Numbered from the stretch's first letter, positions 1 through 8,552 are shown. The stretch: 24,000 nt of DNA from an uncultured Candidatus Saccharibacteria bacterium (GCA_964563845.1 CAZLYJ010000002.1:1-24000); one strand, 5' to 3'. Numbers and translations: made by a program. Notes: generated by a model not told the origin, from the sequence alone.

Positions 1-81
1 ATAAAAAGTGTCACGGGAAGTGACATCTCGCAATTCTGAGCAAAGTCGAAGGATAAAAAATGTCATGGAAAATAGATAGCA

Positions 82-561
82 ATGATCAACCCAATTTTAG
101 AACAGAAAATGGATAAGATTGCAGAGCAGATTTTTGGTACTGAAAAAGATCCGGATCAAATTCCTATTAATAGAGAATCGGGAGAAAAATTAGAGAAACT
201 AACTCCTCATTGGATTAAATATGCACTGGATGATAAGGGTGAGCCGATTGCGTGGTCAATTGTCGTTCCTACATCTTTAGAAATGATGAATAAATTTCTT
301 AGAGGGGGAATTACCGAAAAAGAACTGCTGGATTTAACGAAGCCGCAAGATATGTATGAGGCGTTATATCTTTGTGCCATAGTAACGGTTCCGGAACATC
401 AGAGAAAGGGTTATGCTTTGAAATTGACTATCGAATCAATAAACAGTATTCCGCACGTGGAAAATGTAAAATTGTTTGTTTGGCCGTATAGTACTGAAGG
501 TGCTAAATTTATTGAGAAGCTTAGTAAAAGTTTGAAAATCAATATTTTGCTTAAACAATAA
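82..561 (+). CDS. Hypothetical protein, possible GNAT-fold N-acetyltransferase
   Basis: 159-aa ORF. The segment CAIVTVPEHQRKGYALKL resembles GNAT acetyl-CoA-binding motif A (V-x-P-x-x-[QR]-x-x-G-x-[GA]). No other motif recognised, so the family call is tentative. Confidence 0.4.
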   Translation: MINPILEQKMDKIAEQIFGTEKDPDQIPINRESGEKLEKLTPHWIKYALDDKGEPIAWSIVVPTSLEMMNKFLRGGITEKELLDLTKPQDMYEALYLCAIVTVPEHQRKGYALKLTIESINSIPHVENVKLFVWPYSTEGAKFIEKLSKSLKINILLKQ

Positions 562-592
562 AAACCAAAAGTGCTATGGGGCGTAATAAAAC

Positions 593-853
593 TTACGGCA
601 CCACGATTATCATTTTTTCTTCAGGTTTTTTGTAATTAAATTTTGACCGCAATTCTTTTTCCAAATTTTCCGGTAGGGAAAAATATTCTATTTCAGATTT
701 AATTTTAGCGTTTTCCGCAATTAAATTATCGGCTTTAGTTTTCAAAATCCCGAATTTTTCTTTTGATTGGCTTAATTCTTTGAAAATAAAATAAATCTGC
801 GTCCAGGTTGCCAATAGAACAATTGTTAAAATAATAAAAATTACTGTTTTCAT
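593..853 (-). CDS. Small bitopic membrane protein, FtsB/DivIC-like septum formation initiator (tentative)
   Basis: 86 aa. N-terminal TM helix (VIFIILTIVLLATWTQIYFIF), then a coiled-coil-like stretch (KADNLIAENAKIKSEIEYF) and a KKPEEKMIIV tail, the usual FtsB/DivIC layout. Divergent from lepA. Confidence 0.45.
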   Translation of the reverse strand: MKTVIFIILTIVLLATWTQIYFIFKELSQSKEKFGILKTKADNLIAENAKIKSEIEYFSLPENLEKELRSKFNYKKPEEKMIIVVP

Positions 854-881
854 TTGATTCTGTTACATTATACTATACCTT

Positions 882-2675
882 ATGGATTACAATAATATCC
901 GCAATTTTGTCATTATCGCTCACGTTGATCATGGAAAATCCACTTTAGCCGACCGGTTTTTGGAAATTACCGGAACGATTGAGTTGCGGCAGATGCGGTC
1001 GCAATATTTGGATCAACTTGAATCCGAAAGGGAAAGAGGAATCACCATCAAAATGGCCCCTGTTCGAATGTCTTACATCCTAAACGCTAAATCCTATATT
1101 CTCAACCTGATTGATACACCGGGTCATCAGGATTTTTCTTACGAAGTTTCTAGAGCTCTGGCGGCGGTGGAGGGCGCGATTTTATTAGTTGACATAACTC
1201 AAGGAATTCAAGCTCAAACTTTGGCAAAATTTTATGCGGCAAAAAAAATGGGTTTGAAAATTATCGGCGCAATCAATAAAGTTGATTTGATGAATGATGA
1301 AGAGGAATTAAGCAAAAGAATAAAAGAATTAGCCGACTTGATTGGTTGTCAGCCAAAAGAAATTCACAAAGTTTCCGGGAAAACAGGAGAAGGAGCGCAA
1401 CAACTTTTAGCGGCAATTATAAGCCAAGTTCCACCGCCAAAAGATTCAGTTTCTGATTTTAGAAGGGCCCTTATTTTCGATTCTTTTTATGATGATCATA
1501 AAGGAGTGGTCGCTTCAGTTAGAATTTTCGACGGCGAATTTAATATTGGCGATGAAATTTTGCTTGCGGCTGTTGATGAAAAAATCAAAATCAAAGAATT
1601 AGGTTATTTTTTGCCGAAAATTAAAGCGGCTGAAAAATTATCGGTCGGAGAAATCGGTTATATCGCCACGGGCATAAAAGAGCCGGAAAAAATTAAAATT
1701 GGAGACACAATAATAAATCTCAAATTTAAAATCTCAAATCTTAAATCTTTTGTCTTGCCGGGTTATGATGAACCAAAACCCGTAGTGTTCGTCAGTTTTT
1801 ATCCAGAAGCCAACGATAATTATCAAGAATTGAAAATTGCTTTTGGTAAATTAAAACTTAACGATTCCGCTTTAAACATAGAATCGGATTTTAATGAGGT
1901 TTTAGGAAGAGGATTCAAGGTCGGTTTTTTAGGAAAACTTCATTTTGAAATTACTACAGAACGTTTGGAAAAAGAATTCGGCGTTAAAACAATCAATACT
2001 TTTCCTTCGGTGGCTTATAAATTAAAAACGGATAAAAATTATATTATTGTTAAAAATCCGGCGGATATGCCCGATTATTGCGAAGAGGTTTTGGAACCGA
2101 TGATAAATATTGAAATTATTTCTCCGACAAAATATCTTGGGAATGTTTTACAGCTTAAAGAACAATTCCGGATGGAAAATTTGGAAACAAAAAATCTTGG
2201 AGAAAGGATTATGTTGACCGCTAAAATGCCGCTCTCGGAAATGATTGCCGATTTTGACGATCGTTTAAAATCGGTTTCCGAAGGATTTGCGTCTTTCAGT
2301 TATGAATTGGCCGATTACAAGAAAGCTGATTTGCGGAAAATGGAAATTTTGGTTGCCGGAAAAATGATAGTTGGGTTGACGCGGATGATTCATGAAACAA
2401 AATTGGAAAAAGAAGCTAGAAAATCTGTTGAAAAATTGAAAAATATTTTGCCACGTCAGCAGTTTTCTCAAGCGATTCAGGCAATGGCTGGCGGACGGAT
2501 TATCGCGCGGGAAACGGCGCCGGCAATGAAAAAAGACGTTACAGGTCATCTTTATGGCGGTGATAGAACAAGAAAGATGAAATTATGGAAGAAACAGAAA
2601 AAAGGGAAAAAGAAATTATTAAGCCGAGCCGATGTTTCTATTTCAGCCGAAGTATTTAAGGAAATGGTAAAATAA
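882..2675 (+). CDS. lepA: Translation elongation factor 4 (LepA/EF4) GTPase
   Basis: 597 aa. N-terminus NIRNFVIIAHVDHGKSTLADRFLE (G1), DTPGH (G3), NKVD (G4). Length and the C-terminal LepA-type region (PRQQFSQAIQA...GGDRTRKMKLWKKQKKGKK) are typical of EF4. Confidence 0.95.
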   Translation: MDYNNIRNFVIIAHVDHGKSTLADRFLEITGTIELRQMRSQYLDQLESERERGITIKMAPVRMSYILNAKSYILNLIDTPGHQDFSYEVSRALAAVEGAILLVDITQGIQAQTLAKFYAAKKMGLKIIGAINKVDLMNDEEELSKRIKELADLIGCQPKEIHKVSGKTGEGAQQLLAAIISQVPPPKDSVSDFRRALIFDSFYDDHKGVVASVRIFDGEFNIGDEILLAAVDEKIKIKELGYFLPKIKAAEKLSVGEIGYIATGIKEPEKIKIGDTIINLKFKISNLKSFVLPGYDEPKPVVFVSFYPEANDNYQELKIAFGKLKLNDSALNIESDFNEVLGRGFKVGFLGKLHFEITTERLEKEFGVKTINTFPSVAYKLKTDKNYIIVKNPADMPDYCEEVLEPMINIEIISPTKYLGNVLQLKEQFRMENLETKNLGERIMLTAKMPLSEMIADFDDRLKSVSEGFASFSYELADYKKADLRKMEILVAGKMIVGLTRMIHETKLEKEARKSVEKLKNILPRQQFSQAIQAMAGGRIIARETAPAMKKDVTGHLYGGDRTRKMKLWKKQKKGKKKLLSRADVSISAEVFKEMVK

Positions 2676-3247
2676 TGAATAAAATTCGGTTTTTGACAAT
2701 ATTGTCGGGGATTATTGTCATTTTCGGCTTTTATTTTGTTTTGGGCGGTTTTTATCCGATCGCTTTGGTTGATTTTAAGATAATCAGCTCTCGGGATTTT
2801 GACAAAGATTATTTTGGCACTTTGACTTATTATAAAAACGCTCTTGATGTTTATGACAGCGATTCGGCTTTGATTAACGCGGACGAAGTTAAAAATGAAC
2901 TTAAGCGGGCGGTTTTGGATAATTTGATAGAAAACATTTTAATTGATAAAGAATTAAAAAAAGAATCAAGCTCCATTGATATAGATGAATTGGCGGATAA
3001 AAAAATTGAAGAAGCAATAAGGGGAAAATCGGTTAAGGAAGAAGCGAAAACTCTTTATGGATTTTCTTATAAAGAATTTAAGGAGAGAGTGTTGATTCCT
3101 CAAGCAAAAAAAGAAATTCTAGAAACAAATTTTCTTTCAAAAGGAGAAAATTTTGAGGGAAAAATCATTGAAGCAAAATCTAAGACAAAAGTAATGATAT
3201 TCTTGTCAGGCTTTGAATGGAACGGCAAGGAGGTTATAATTAAATAA
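2675..3247 (+). CDS. Membrane-anchored hypothetical protein, SurA-N/PrsA-N-like chaperone domain (tentative)
   Basis: 190 aa. Start overlaps the lepA stop (TAATG), implying translational coupling. One N-terminal TM helix followed by a Lys/Glu-rich helical region. No PPIase motif seen. The ORF is solid but its function is weak. Confidence 0.35.
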   Translation: MNKIRFLTILSGIIVIFGFYFVLGGFYPIALVDFKIISSRDFDKDYFGTLTYYKNALDVYDSDSALINADEVKNELKRAVLDNLIENILIDKELKKESSSIDIDELADKKIEEAIRGKSVKEEAKTLYGFSYKEFKERVLIPQAKKEILETNFLSKGENFEGKIIEAKSKTKVMIFLSGFEWNGKEVIIK

Positions 3248-3248
3248 T

Positions 3249-3319
3249 GCGGGATTAGTATAGTGGCAGTACGCTTGCTTCCCAAGCAAGGGGCGCGAGT
3301 TCGATTCTCGTATCCCGCT
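3249..3319 (+). tRNA. tRNA-Gly (anticodon CCC)
   Basis: 71-nt cloverleaf folded by hand: acceptor GCGGGAT/ATCCCGC, D arm GTAT-AGTGGCA-GTAC, anticodon arm CTTGC-TTCCCAA-GCAAG (anticodon CCC), T arm GCGAG-TTCGATT-CTCGT, discriminator T. CCA is not encoded. Confidence 0.9.
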
Positions 3320-3326
3320 TAATTTA

Positions 3327-4502
3327 ATGAAATTTATTTCTTCTTTTACAAACAAAGATTTATCCGGCGAAATTTGCCTTTTAAGGGTTGATTTTAATTT
3401 GGATTACAATGAGGCGGCGGCAATTAAAATAAAAGATAAAAAAACTTGGCCTTTGCGTTTGAGCCGGTCCTTGCCAACAATTAAATTTTTATTGAATCGC
3501 GGCGCGAAAATTTTAATTCTTTCTCATCGCGGCGATCCGATTAAAAAAATAAAAAATCCCGCTTCAAAACTTATATTATCGCCAAACGAAAAAAAAGAAT
3601 TTAGTTTGAAATTCGCCGCCGATTTTTTATCAAAAGTTTCGGGGAAAGAGACGATTTTTTTTGACGATTTTAATTTCAAGCGAATTAAAAAAAATATTGA
3701 TAAGGCGCCGGCAAAAAGCGTTTTTTTATTGGAAAATTTGAGATTTTTGGACAAAGAAGAAAAAAACGACAAACAATTAAGTAATCAATTGGCGAGTTTG
3801 GGAACTTTTTACGTTAACGACGCTTTTGGCGCGATTCATCGCAATCATTGTTCAATAGCGGCCTTGGCAAAAAGATTTCGTCAAAACGCTTACATGGGCA
3901 TTTTAATTGAAGAAGAAATAAAAAATCTTTCGCGAGTCGCGAAAAATCAAAAAAAGCCATTTGTTGTTATTTTGGGGGGAGCCAAAGTTTCCGATAAAAT
4001 AGGAGTTATTAAAAATTTCGCGTCTAAAGCCGATTATTTTCTGGTCGGCGGCGGTATTGCCAATACTTTGTTCAAATTGAACGGTTTGCCTATTGGAGAT
4101 TCTCTTTGCGATAAAAACACCGATTTTAAAATATTGGCTCCAAAATTAAGGCGTAAAATTATTTTGCCCGAAGACACGATTATTTATAAGCGGCAGATTT
4201 TGGATATTGGCCCGAAGACCGCGAAAAAATACGCGGAAATCATAAAAAAAGCTAAAACAATTATCTGGAACGGGCCGATGGGAATGATCGAGGATAAAAG
4301 ATTCTCAAAAGGGTCGGAGGCAATAGTAAAAGCGATTTTTAAAAGCCGGGCTTTTGCCGTAATCGGTGGGGGTGAAACCATAGCTTTATTAAAAACCAAA
4401 AATTATAAATTAAAAACTAATATCTTTATTTCCACCGGCGGAGGAGCAATGTTAAAATATTTAGCGGCCGAAAAATTACCCGGCTTAAAAGCTTTATCAT
4501 GA
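3327..4502 (+). CDS. pgk: Phosphoglycerate kinase
   Basis: 391 aa. LLRVDFNL, LENLRF..EE.N, YVNDAFGAIHRNHCS, ILGGAKVSDKIGVI, WNGPMGMIE and STGGGAMLKYL are all hallmark PGK segments. Confidence 0.93.
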   Translation: MKFISSFTNKDLSGEICLLRVDFNLDYNEAAAIKIKDKKTWPLRLSRSLPTIKFLLNRGAKILILSHRGDPIKKIKNPASKLILSPNEKKEFSLKFAADFLSKVSGKETIFFDDFNFKRIKKNIDKAPAKSVFLLENLRFLDKEEKNDKQLSNQLASLGTFYVNDAFGAIHRNHCSIAALAKRFRQNAYMGILIEEEIKNLSRVAKNQKKPFVVILGGAKVSDKIGVIKNFASKADYFLVGGGIANTLFKLNGLPIGDSLCDKNTDFKILAPKLRRKIILPEDTIIYKRQILDIGPKTAKKYAEIIKKAKTIIWNGPMGMIEDKRFSKGSEAIVKAIFKSRAFAVIGGGETIALLKTKNYKLKTNIFISTGGGAMLKYLAAEKLPGLKALS

Positions 4503-5332
4503 AAAATATTATTATTCTTTATCATAAAAATTGTCCCGACGGTTTTAGCGGCGCTTGGGCGGCTTGGAAAAAATTCGGTAAAAAAGCCGATTATTTTGGG
4601 GTGGAATATCAGCAACCGCCTTTGAAAGGATTGAAAAATAAAGAAATTTATATTATTGACTTTTGTTATCAGAAACCGGAAATAATGAAGCGATTGCTTT
4701 ATGATAATAAAAAAGTCATTGTGATAGACCACCATATTACTTTGAAAGAATTGTCAAAAATATCATCAAAGCGCGTTTTTGATTTGAATCATTCCGGAGC
4801 GGTTTTAGCTTGGAAATATTTTTTCCCTAAAAAAGCGACGCCAAAATTTTTGCTTCATGTTGAAGATGTTGATCTTTGGAAATTCAAATTGCCGCATACG
4901 AAAGAATTAATGTCGGCCTTAGCCATTTGCGGTTTTAATTTTAAGGTTTGGAATAAAATCGCCGCTGATTGGCAAAATTCTGAAAGCAGAAAAAAATATA
5001 TTGAGGAGGGCGAAATCATTTTAAAATATGAACAAAAAATCATTGAGCGATTATTGAAAAGCGCCGATAAGGCGAAATTTGGAAATTATAAAGCCGCTGT
5101 TGTTAATTCGCCGGTTTTACAATCGGAAATAGGCAATGCTTTGGTAAAATTGGGATATCAAATCGGCGTCATCTGGTCGCAAAAAAATAATAAAAAGAGA
5201 ATTTCTTTAAGATCAAATGGCAAAACGGATGTTTCTAAATTAGCTCAAAAATACGGCGGCGGCGGGCATAAAGCGGCTTCTGGATTCGCATTAAAAATCG
5301 ATAAACCATTTCCATGGAAAACAACAAAATAA
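4499..5332 (+). CDS. DHH/DHHA1-family phosphoesterase (NrnB-like nano-RNase or phosphodiesterase)
   Basis: 277 aa. ATGA overlap with the pgk stop. Motif I-like HKNCPDGFSG, a DHH motif (VIVIDHH) and the DHHA1 motif GGGGHKAASGF. Confidence 0.75.
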   Translation: MKNIIILYHKNCPDGFSGAWAAWKKFGKKADYFGVEYQQPPLKGLKNKEIYIIDFCYQKPEIMKRLLYDNKKVIVIDHHITLKELSKISSKRVFDLNHSGAVLAWKYFFPKKATPKFLLHVEDVDLWKFKLPHTKELMSALAICGFNFKVWNKIAADWQNSESRKKYIEEGEIILKYEQKIIERLLKSADKAKFGNYKAAVVNSPVLQSEIGNALVKLGYQIGVIWSQKNNKKRISLRSNGKTDVSKLAQKYGGGGHKAASGFALKIDKPFPWKTTK

Positions 5333-5739
5333 CAATTTATTGCGATGGGGGAAGCAGGGGGAACCCCGGACCGGCGGCATTAGGAATTTATATTTCACAA
5401 TTTAAAAAAGGATATTCAAAATTTCTCGGCAAAACAACTAATAACGAAGCTGAATATCAATCGGTGATTTTTGCGCTCAAAAAAATAAAACATTCAATCG
5501 GCGGCGAAAAAGCGGAAAAATCGGAAATTGAAATAAAAACGGACAGCGAATTGATTGTTAAACAATTAAACGGCGAATATAAAATAAAAGAAAAAACTCT
5601 TGTGCCGTTTTTTATTGAAATTTGGAATTTGAAGCAGGATTTTAGCAGAGTTAATTTTATTCACATTCCGCGTGAAGAAAATAAAGAAGCCGATAGATTG
5701 GTAAACAGGGAATTGGACAGCCAAAATCCGTTGTTTTAA
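5314..5739 (+). CDS. rnhA: Ribonuclease HI
   Basis: 141 aa. Catalytic DEDD positions are recognisable: IYCDGGSRGNPGPAA (D), NNEAEY (E), TDSELIVKQL (D), ENKEADRLVN (D). Overlaps the preceding gene by 19 nt. Confidence 0.88.
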   Translation: MENNKITIYCDGGSRGNPGPAALGIYISQFKKGYSKFLGKTTNNEAEYQSVIFALKKIKHSIGGEKAEKSEIEIKTDSELIVKQLNGEYKIKEKTLVPFFIEIWNLKQDFSRVNFIHIPREENKEADRLVNRELDSQNPLF

Positions 5740-5764
5740 GTTTTAACTCTTTTGAGCGCGTGGT

Positions 5765-5793
5765 TGACACTTTTTATATTTAATGATAGAAAA
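5765..5793 (+). promoter_or_regulatory. Putative sigma70-type promoter of the orphan cassette
   Basis: TTGACA (5765-5770), 17-nt spacer, TGaTAGAAA (extended -10, hexamer 5788-5793). The -10 is weak and the region is AT-rich, so a chance match is possible. Confidence 0.35.
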
Positions 5794-5848
5794 TTTATAG
5801 CTATATTTGGGTTAGTTTTATAGTAATTCAAATAAATCAAAACTAAAA

Positions 5849-5855
5849 AAGGAGG
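5849..5855 (+). promoter_or_regulatory. Canonical Shine-Dalgarno site (AAGGAGG)
   Basis: AAGGAGG lies 7 nt upstream of ATG 5863. One of only two strong SD sites I could find in the window. Confidence 0.7.
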
Positions 5856-5862
5856 ACGGGAA

Positions 5863-6282
5863 ATGAAGCAGATAGCTATAGCAATATGTTTGTTGCTGAT
5901 AAGTGTTGCGGTCATGGTGTATTTGGCGGCGACGAATGAGTATATTTTGGTAGTGATTTTTTCCGCGATGATATTCGTGACGGCGCTTGCGTTGCTTATT
6001 GGTGCGGCGAAAAATTACGGGAAGAAATTAGGCAGCGTTGTCAGTCGGGACGAGCTTCTTCTCCGAAAGGGAGTATATGTGGTGGAAGCAGCAGAACAAG
6101 TTTTTGCATATTGGCCCGATTTTCCCCGTATGCAAAAGAATCGGGTGTTGGTGCTTCTTCGATCTCTGTCAGATGGTACGCTGTGCGTATGCTACACGAG
6201 AGATATTCCGCGTGATTTTCAGGTGAAAATCACGAACGGTAGGCGGGAATATGTGCCATGGTATCCATCATGGAGCACATAA
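5863..6282 (+). CDS. Orphan hypothetical membrane protein (two N-terminal TM helices plus about 85-aa soluble domain)
   Basis: 139 aa. TM1 IAIAICLLLISVAVMVYLAA, TM2 YILVVIFSAMIFVTALALLIGAA, then a Trp/Arg/Pro-containing C-terminal domain with no motif I recognise. Perfect SD upstream and an intrinsic terminator downstream. GC is clearly above the neighbours: spot counts 28/60 and 29/60, against 17/60 in rnhA. Confidence 0.6.
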   Translation: MKQIAIAICLLLISVAVMVYLAATNEYILVVIFSAMIFVTALALLIGAAKNYGKKLGSVVSRDELLLRKGVYVVEAAEQVFAYWPDFPRMQKNRVLVLLRSLSDGTLCVCYTRDIPRDFQVKITNGRREYVPWYPSWST

Positions 6283-6306
6283 AATTGCAGTAATTGCATC
6301 ACAAAC

Positions 6307-6338
6307 AAGGCGGCTTTTGAAAAGCCGCCTTTATTTTT
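6307..6338 (+). terminator. Rho-independent terminator
   Basis: AAGGCGGCTTTT-GA-AAAGCCGCCTT hairpin (GC core GGCGGC 6309-6314 pairs with GCCGCC 6324-6329), followed by TTTATTTTT. Confidence 0.7.
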
Positions 6339-6368
6339 CCATCGGTATTGCAAAACAGTATTTTCCAA

Positions 6369-6397
6369 TTGACTAAATTTATTATAGGAGCTATAAT
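6369..6397 (+). promoter_or_regulatory. Near-consensus sigma70 promoter of rnpB
   Basis: TTGACT (6369-6374), exactly 17 nt, TATAAT (6392-6397). The RNase P RNA P1 stem begins 10 nt downstream, at 6407. Confidence 0.65.
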
Positions 6398-6406
6398 ATA
6401 AACAAT

Positions 6407-6757
6407 CGGCAAGCTAGACGATAGCTCCGACGTATTGTCGGGGAGGAAAGTCCGGGCTCCCGTTCCGTATAAACGGAACAAAAGTATCCGCTAACAGCGG
6501 ACCACAGTAATGTGAGAGGTGCGAACAGAGACGGTTCGATTTGAAAGAATCGGACAGGCCCGATCCCAAGCTAGTCGGCCTAATTCTGCCATAGGGATAA
6601 AAAGCAGAAGTGAAACGGCTAAATCCTTACTGGGTGCAAGGTTGTGCTCCGACGATATGTCGGAGAATGCCGCTAGAGCTCGCGAGTAATCAAGGGCCCA
6701 GATAAATTATCGTTATCCGCCAATCGGCGGAACAGAACCCGGCTTATGGCTTGCCGG
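6407..6757 (+). ncRNA. rnpB: RNase P RNA, bacterial type A
   Basis: Universal P4 strands are present: GGAGGAAAGTCCGGGCTCC (about 6440-6460) and ACAGAACCCGGCTTAT (about 6731-6746). Terminal P1 pairing is CGGCAAGC (6407-6414) with GCTTGCCG (6749-6756). AGATAAATTATCG matches the conserved J18/2-P2 region. About 351 nt, followed by a T-run. Confidence 0.9.
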
Positions 6758-6767
6758 TTTTTTGTTT

Positions 6768-8552
6768 TTATCTATGCGCTTTGACGCGCTCGTTTTCCGT
6801 AAGATATTGTTTTCGTAGGCGCACGCTTTTAGGAGTAATTTCCAAATATTCGTCGTCAGCCATAATTTCAAGGCCGCGCTCAATTGTCAGCGTAAAAGGC
6901 GGAATAAGTTCTATGGCGTCGTCATTGCGAGAAGAGCGCGTGTTGGTGAGTTGTTTCCCTTTGGTCGGATTTACTTTCATTTCTTCTCCTTTTGAAGTGT
7001 TGCCGATTACCATACCCTCGTAAACTTCCATGCTTGGGTTGATATAAAGTACGCCGCGTTCTTGTAAATTATAAAGCGCGTAGCCGAGAGCTTTTCCATT
7101 TGTCATTGAAATCATTGACCCGGCAAGCCGTTTGCTAATATCTCCGATATGTGGCCGAAATCCGATAAAATGAGATGAAAGAATTCCTTCACCTTTGGTG
7201 TCAACGACAAATTGGTTTCGATATCCGAGAAGTCCGCGCGTCGGCCCTTCAAATGAAAGGCGCAAAATCGTATCGCGATGAAACATATTTTTTAAAATAA
7301 AACCGCGGTTGCTGAGGCGTTCAATTATAATGCCTTGGTAATCTTTTGGAATATCCACAACCGCTTCTTCAAACGGTTCGTTTTTTACTCCGTTTATTTC
7401 GCGAATAATGACTTGCGGTTGGGAAACTTGCAATTCATATCCCGCTCGCCGCATATTTTCAAGTAGAATTGCAATATGAAGTTCGCCGCGTCCATAAACG
7501 CGGAAACTGTCCGGTGATGAAAAATCAATTTTTAATCCGACATTCACTTCAAGTTCTCTTTCAAGATATTCGCGCAATTGCCTTGAAGTTACGTATTTTC
7601 CTTCTTTCCCGGCAAACGGCGAATTATTCACCAAAAAATTAAGCGAAATGGTCGCTTCGTCAATCGCGATTGCCGGCAATGGTTCCGCGTTGGCGTCAGT
7701 TGTTACTGTTTCGCCGATATCAATGTCGGGTAGACCGGCGATAAGGCAAATGTCGCCAGCCATTGCTTCATTTGCTTCCATTCTTTCTAAGCCGCGGAAA
7801 GTAAAAATTTTCGCGATTTTTCCGGAACGAATTTCTCCACCTTGTTTTTTTATAAATATATTCGCGCCAGTCGTTGCGATGCCTTCGTATATTCGCCCGA
7901 TTGCCAAGCGTCCAAGAAAATTATCATATGCGAGATTAAACGGCTGAAATCTCAAAGGTTTTTGAGAAAGTATTTCAGATGAGGAAGCCGGTATATGAGC
8001 GATAATAGTATCCAGAAGGGGAGTTAAATCTTTCGATTCGTCGGTAAGACGAAGTTTCGCTATTCCTTCTCGGCCTATCGCGTAGACAATGGGAAAATTC
8101 GCTTGTTCGTCATTCGCTCCAAGTTCGAGAAAAAGTTCAAGCGTTTGTTCTTCCGTGAGAGACGGATTGGCGGCTGGTTTATCGATTTTATTAATTACAA
8201 CGATCGGTTTTAATCCAAGTTCAAGAGATTTTTTTAATACGAAACGGGTTTGGGGCATCGGGCCTTCTTGCGCGTCAATAATAAGAAGCACGGAATCAAT
8301 GGAACGCAAGACGCGTTCAACTTCGGAACCGAAATCGGCGTGGCCGGGAGTGTCCACGATATTAATTTTAGTGTCTTTATATGAAATAGAAGCGTTTTTA
8401 GAATAAATAGTAATACCGCGCTCAAGTTCAAGCGCGTTGGAATCCATGGAAACGCCTTCTTTGGCAACGCCCGTCTGGCGCAGAAGCGCGTCAGTTAAAG
8501 CGGTTTTGCCATGGTCAACGTGGGCGATAATTGCGATGTTACGAATTTCCAT
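6768..8552 (-). CDS. typA: Translational GTPase BipA/TypA
   Basis: 594 aa. IRNIAIIAHVDHGKTALTDALLRQTG, DTPGHADFGSEVER and NKIDK. The overall EF-G-like layout, and a C-terminal region typical of BipA rather than LepA, support the call. Confidence 0.95.
   Translation of the reverse strand: MEIRNIAIIAHVDHGKTALTDALLRQTGVAKEGVSMDSNALELERGITIYSKNASISYKDTKINIVDTPGHADFGSEVERVLRSIDSVLLIIDAQEGPMPQTRFVLKKSLELGLKPIVVINKIDKPAANPSLTEEQTLELFLELGANDEQANFPIVYAIGREGIAKLRLTDESKDLTPLLDTIIAHIPASSSEILSQKPLRFQPFNLAYDNFLGRLAIGRIYEGIATTGANIFIKKQGGEIRSGKIAKIFTFRGLERMEANEAMAGDICLIAGLPDIDIGETVTTDANAEPLPAIAIDEATISLNFLVNNSPFAGKEGKYVTSRQLREYLERELEVNVGLKIDFSSPDSFRVYGRGELHIAILLENMRRAGYELQVSQPQVIIREINGVKNEPFEEAVVDIPKDYQGIIIERLSNRGFILKNMFHRDTILRLSFEGPTRGLLGYRNQFVVDTKGEGILSSHFIGFRPHIGDISKRLAGSMISMTNGKALGYALYNLQERGVLYINPSMEVYEGMVIGNTSKGEEMKVNPTKGKQLTNTRSSRNDDAIELIPPFTLTIERGLEIMADDEYLEITPKSVRLRKQYLTENERVKAHR

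Noticed and set aside
8-26. The hairpin GTGTCAC-GGGAA-GTGACAT at the left window edge.
   Set aside because: It is a 7-bp stem (one G-U pair) with no following T-run and no context, because the upstream sequence is outside the window. It cannot be assigned as a terminator or a regulatory element.
1714-1750. The low-complexity repeat-like stretch aaatctcaaatttaaaatctcaaatcttaaatc inside lepA.
   Set aside because: It is in-frame, encoding INLKFKISNLKSF within an intact LepA. It is short and imperfect, and is consistent with AT-rich slippage in a variable loop, not with a functional DNA repeat.
6299-7023. Tracked ORFs 6299..6481 (-, 60 aa) and 6751..7023 (+, 90 aa).
   Set aside because: The first lies antisense across the promoter and the 5' third of the RNase P RNA, including the conserved GGAGGAAAGTCCGGGCTCC. 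The second starts inside the rnpB 3' end and runs antisense to bipA. Both products are low-complexity (Ser/Phe/Leu/Arg-rich) and are better explained by the RNA gene and the bipA shadow frame.
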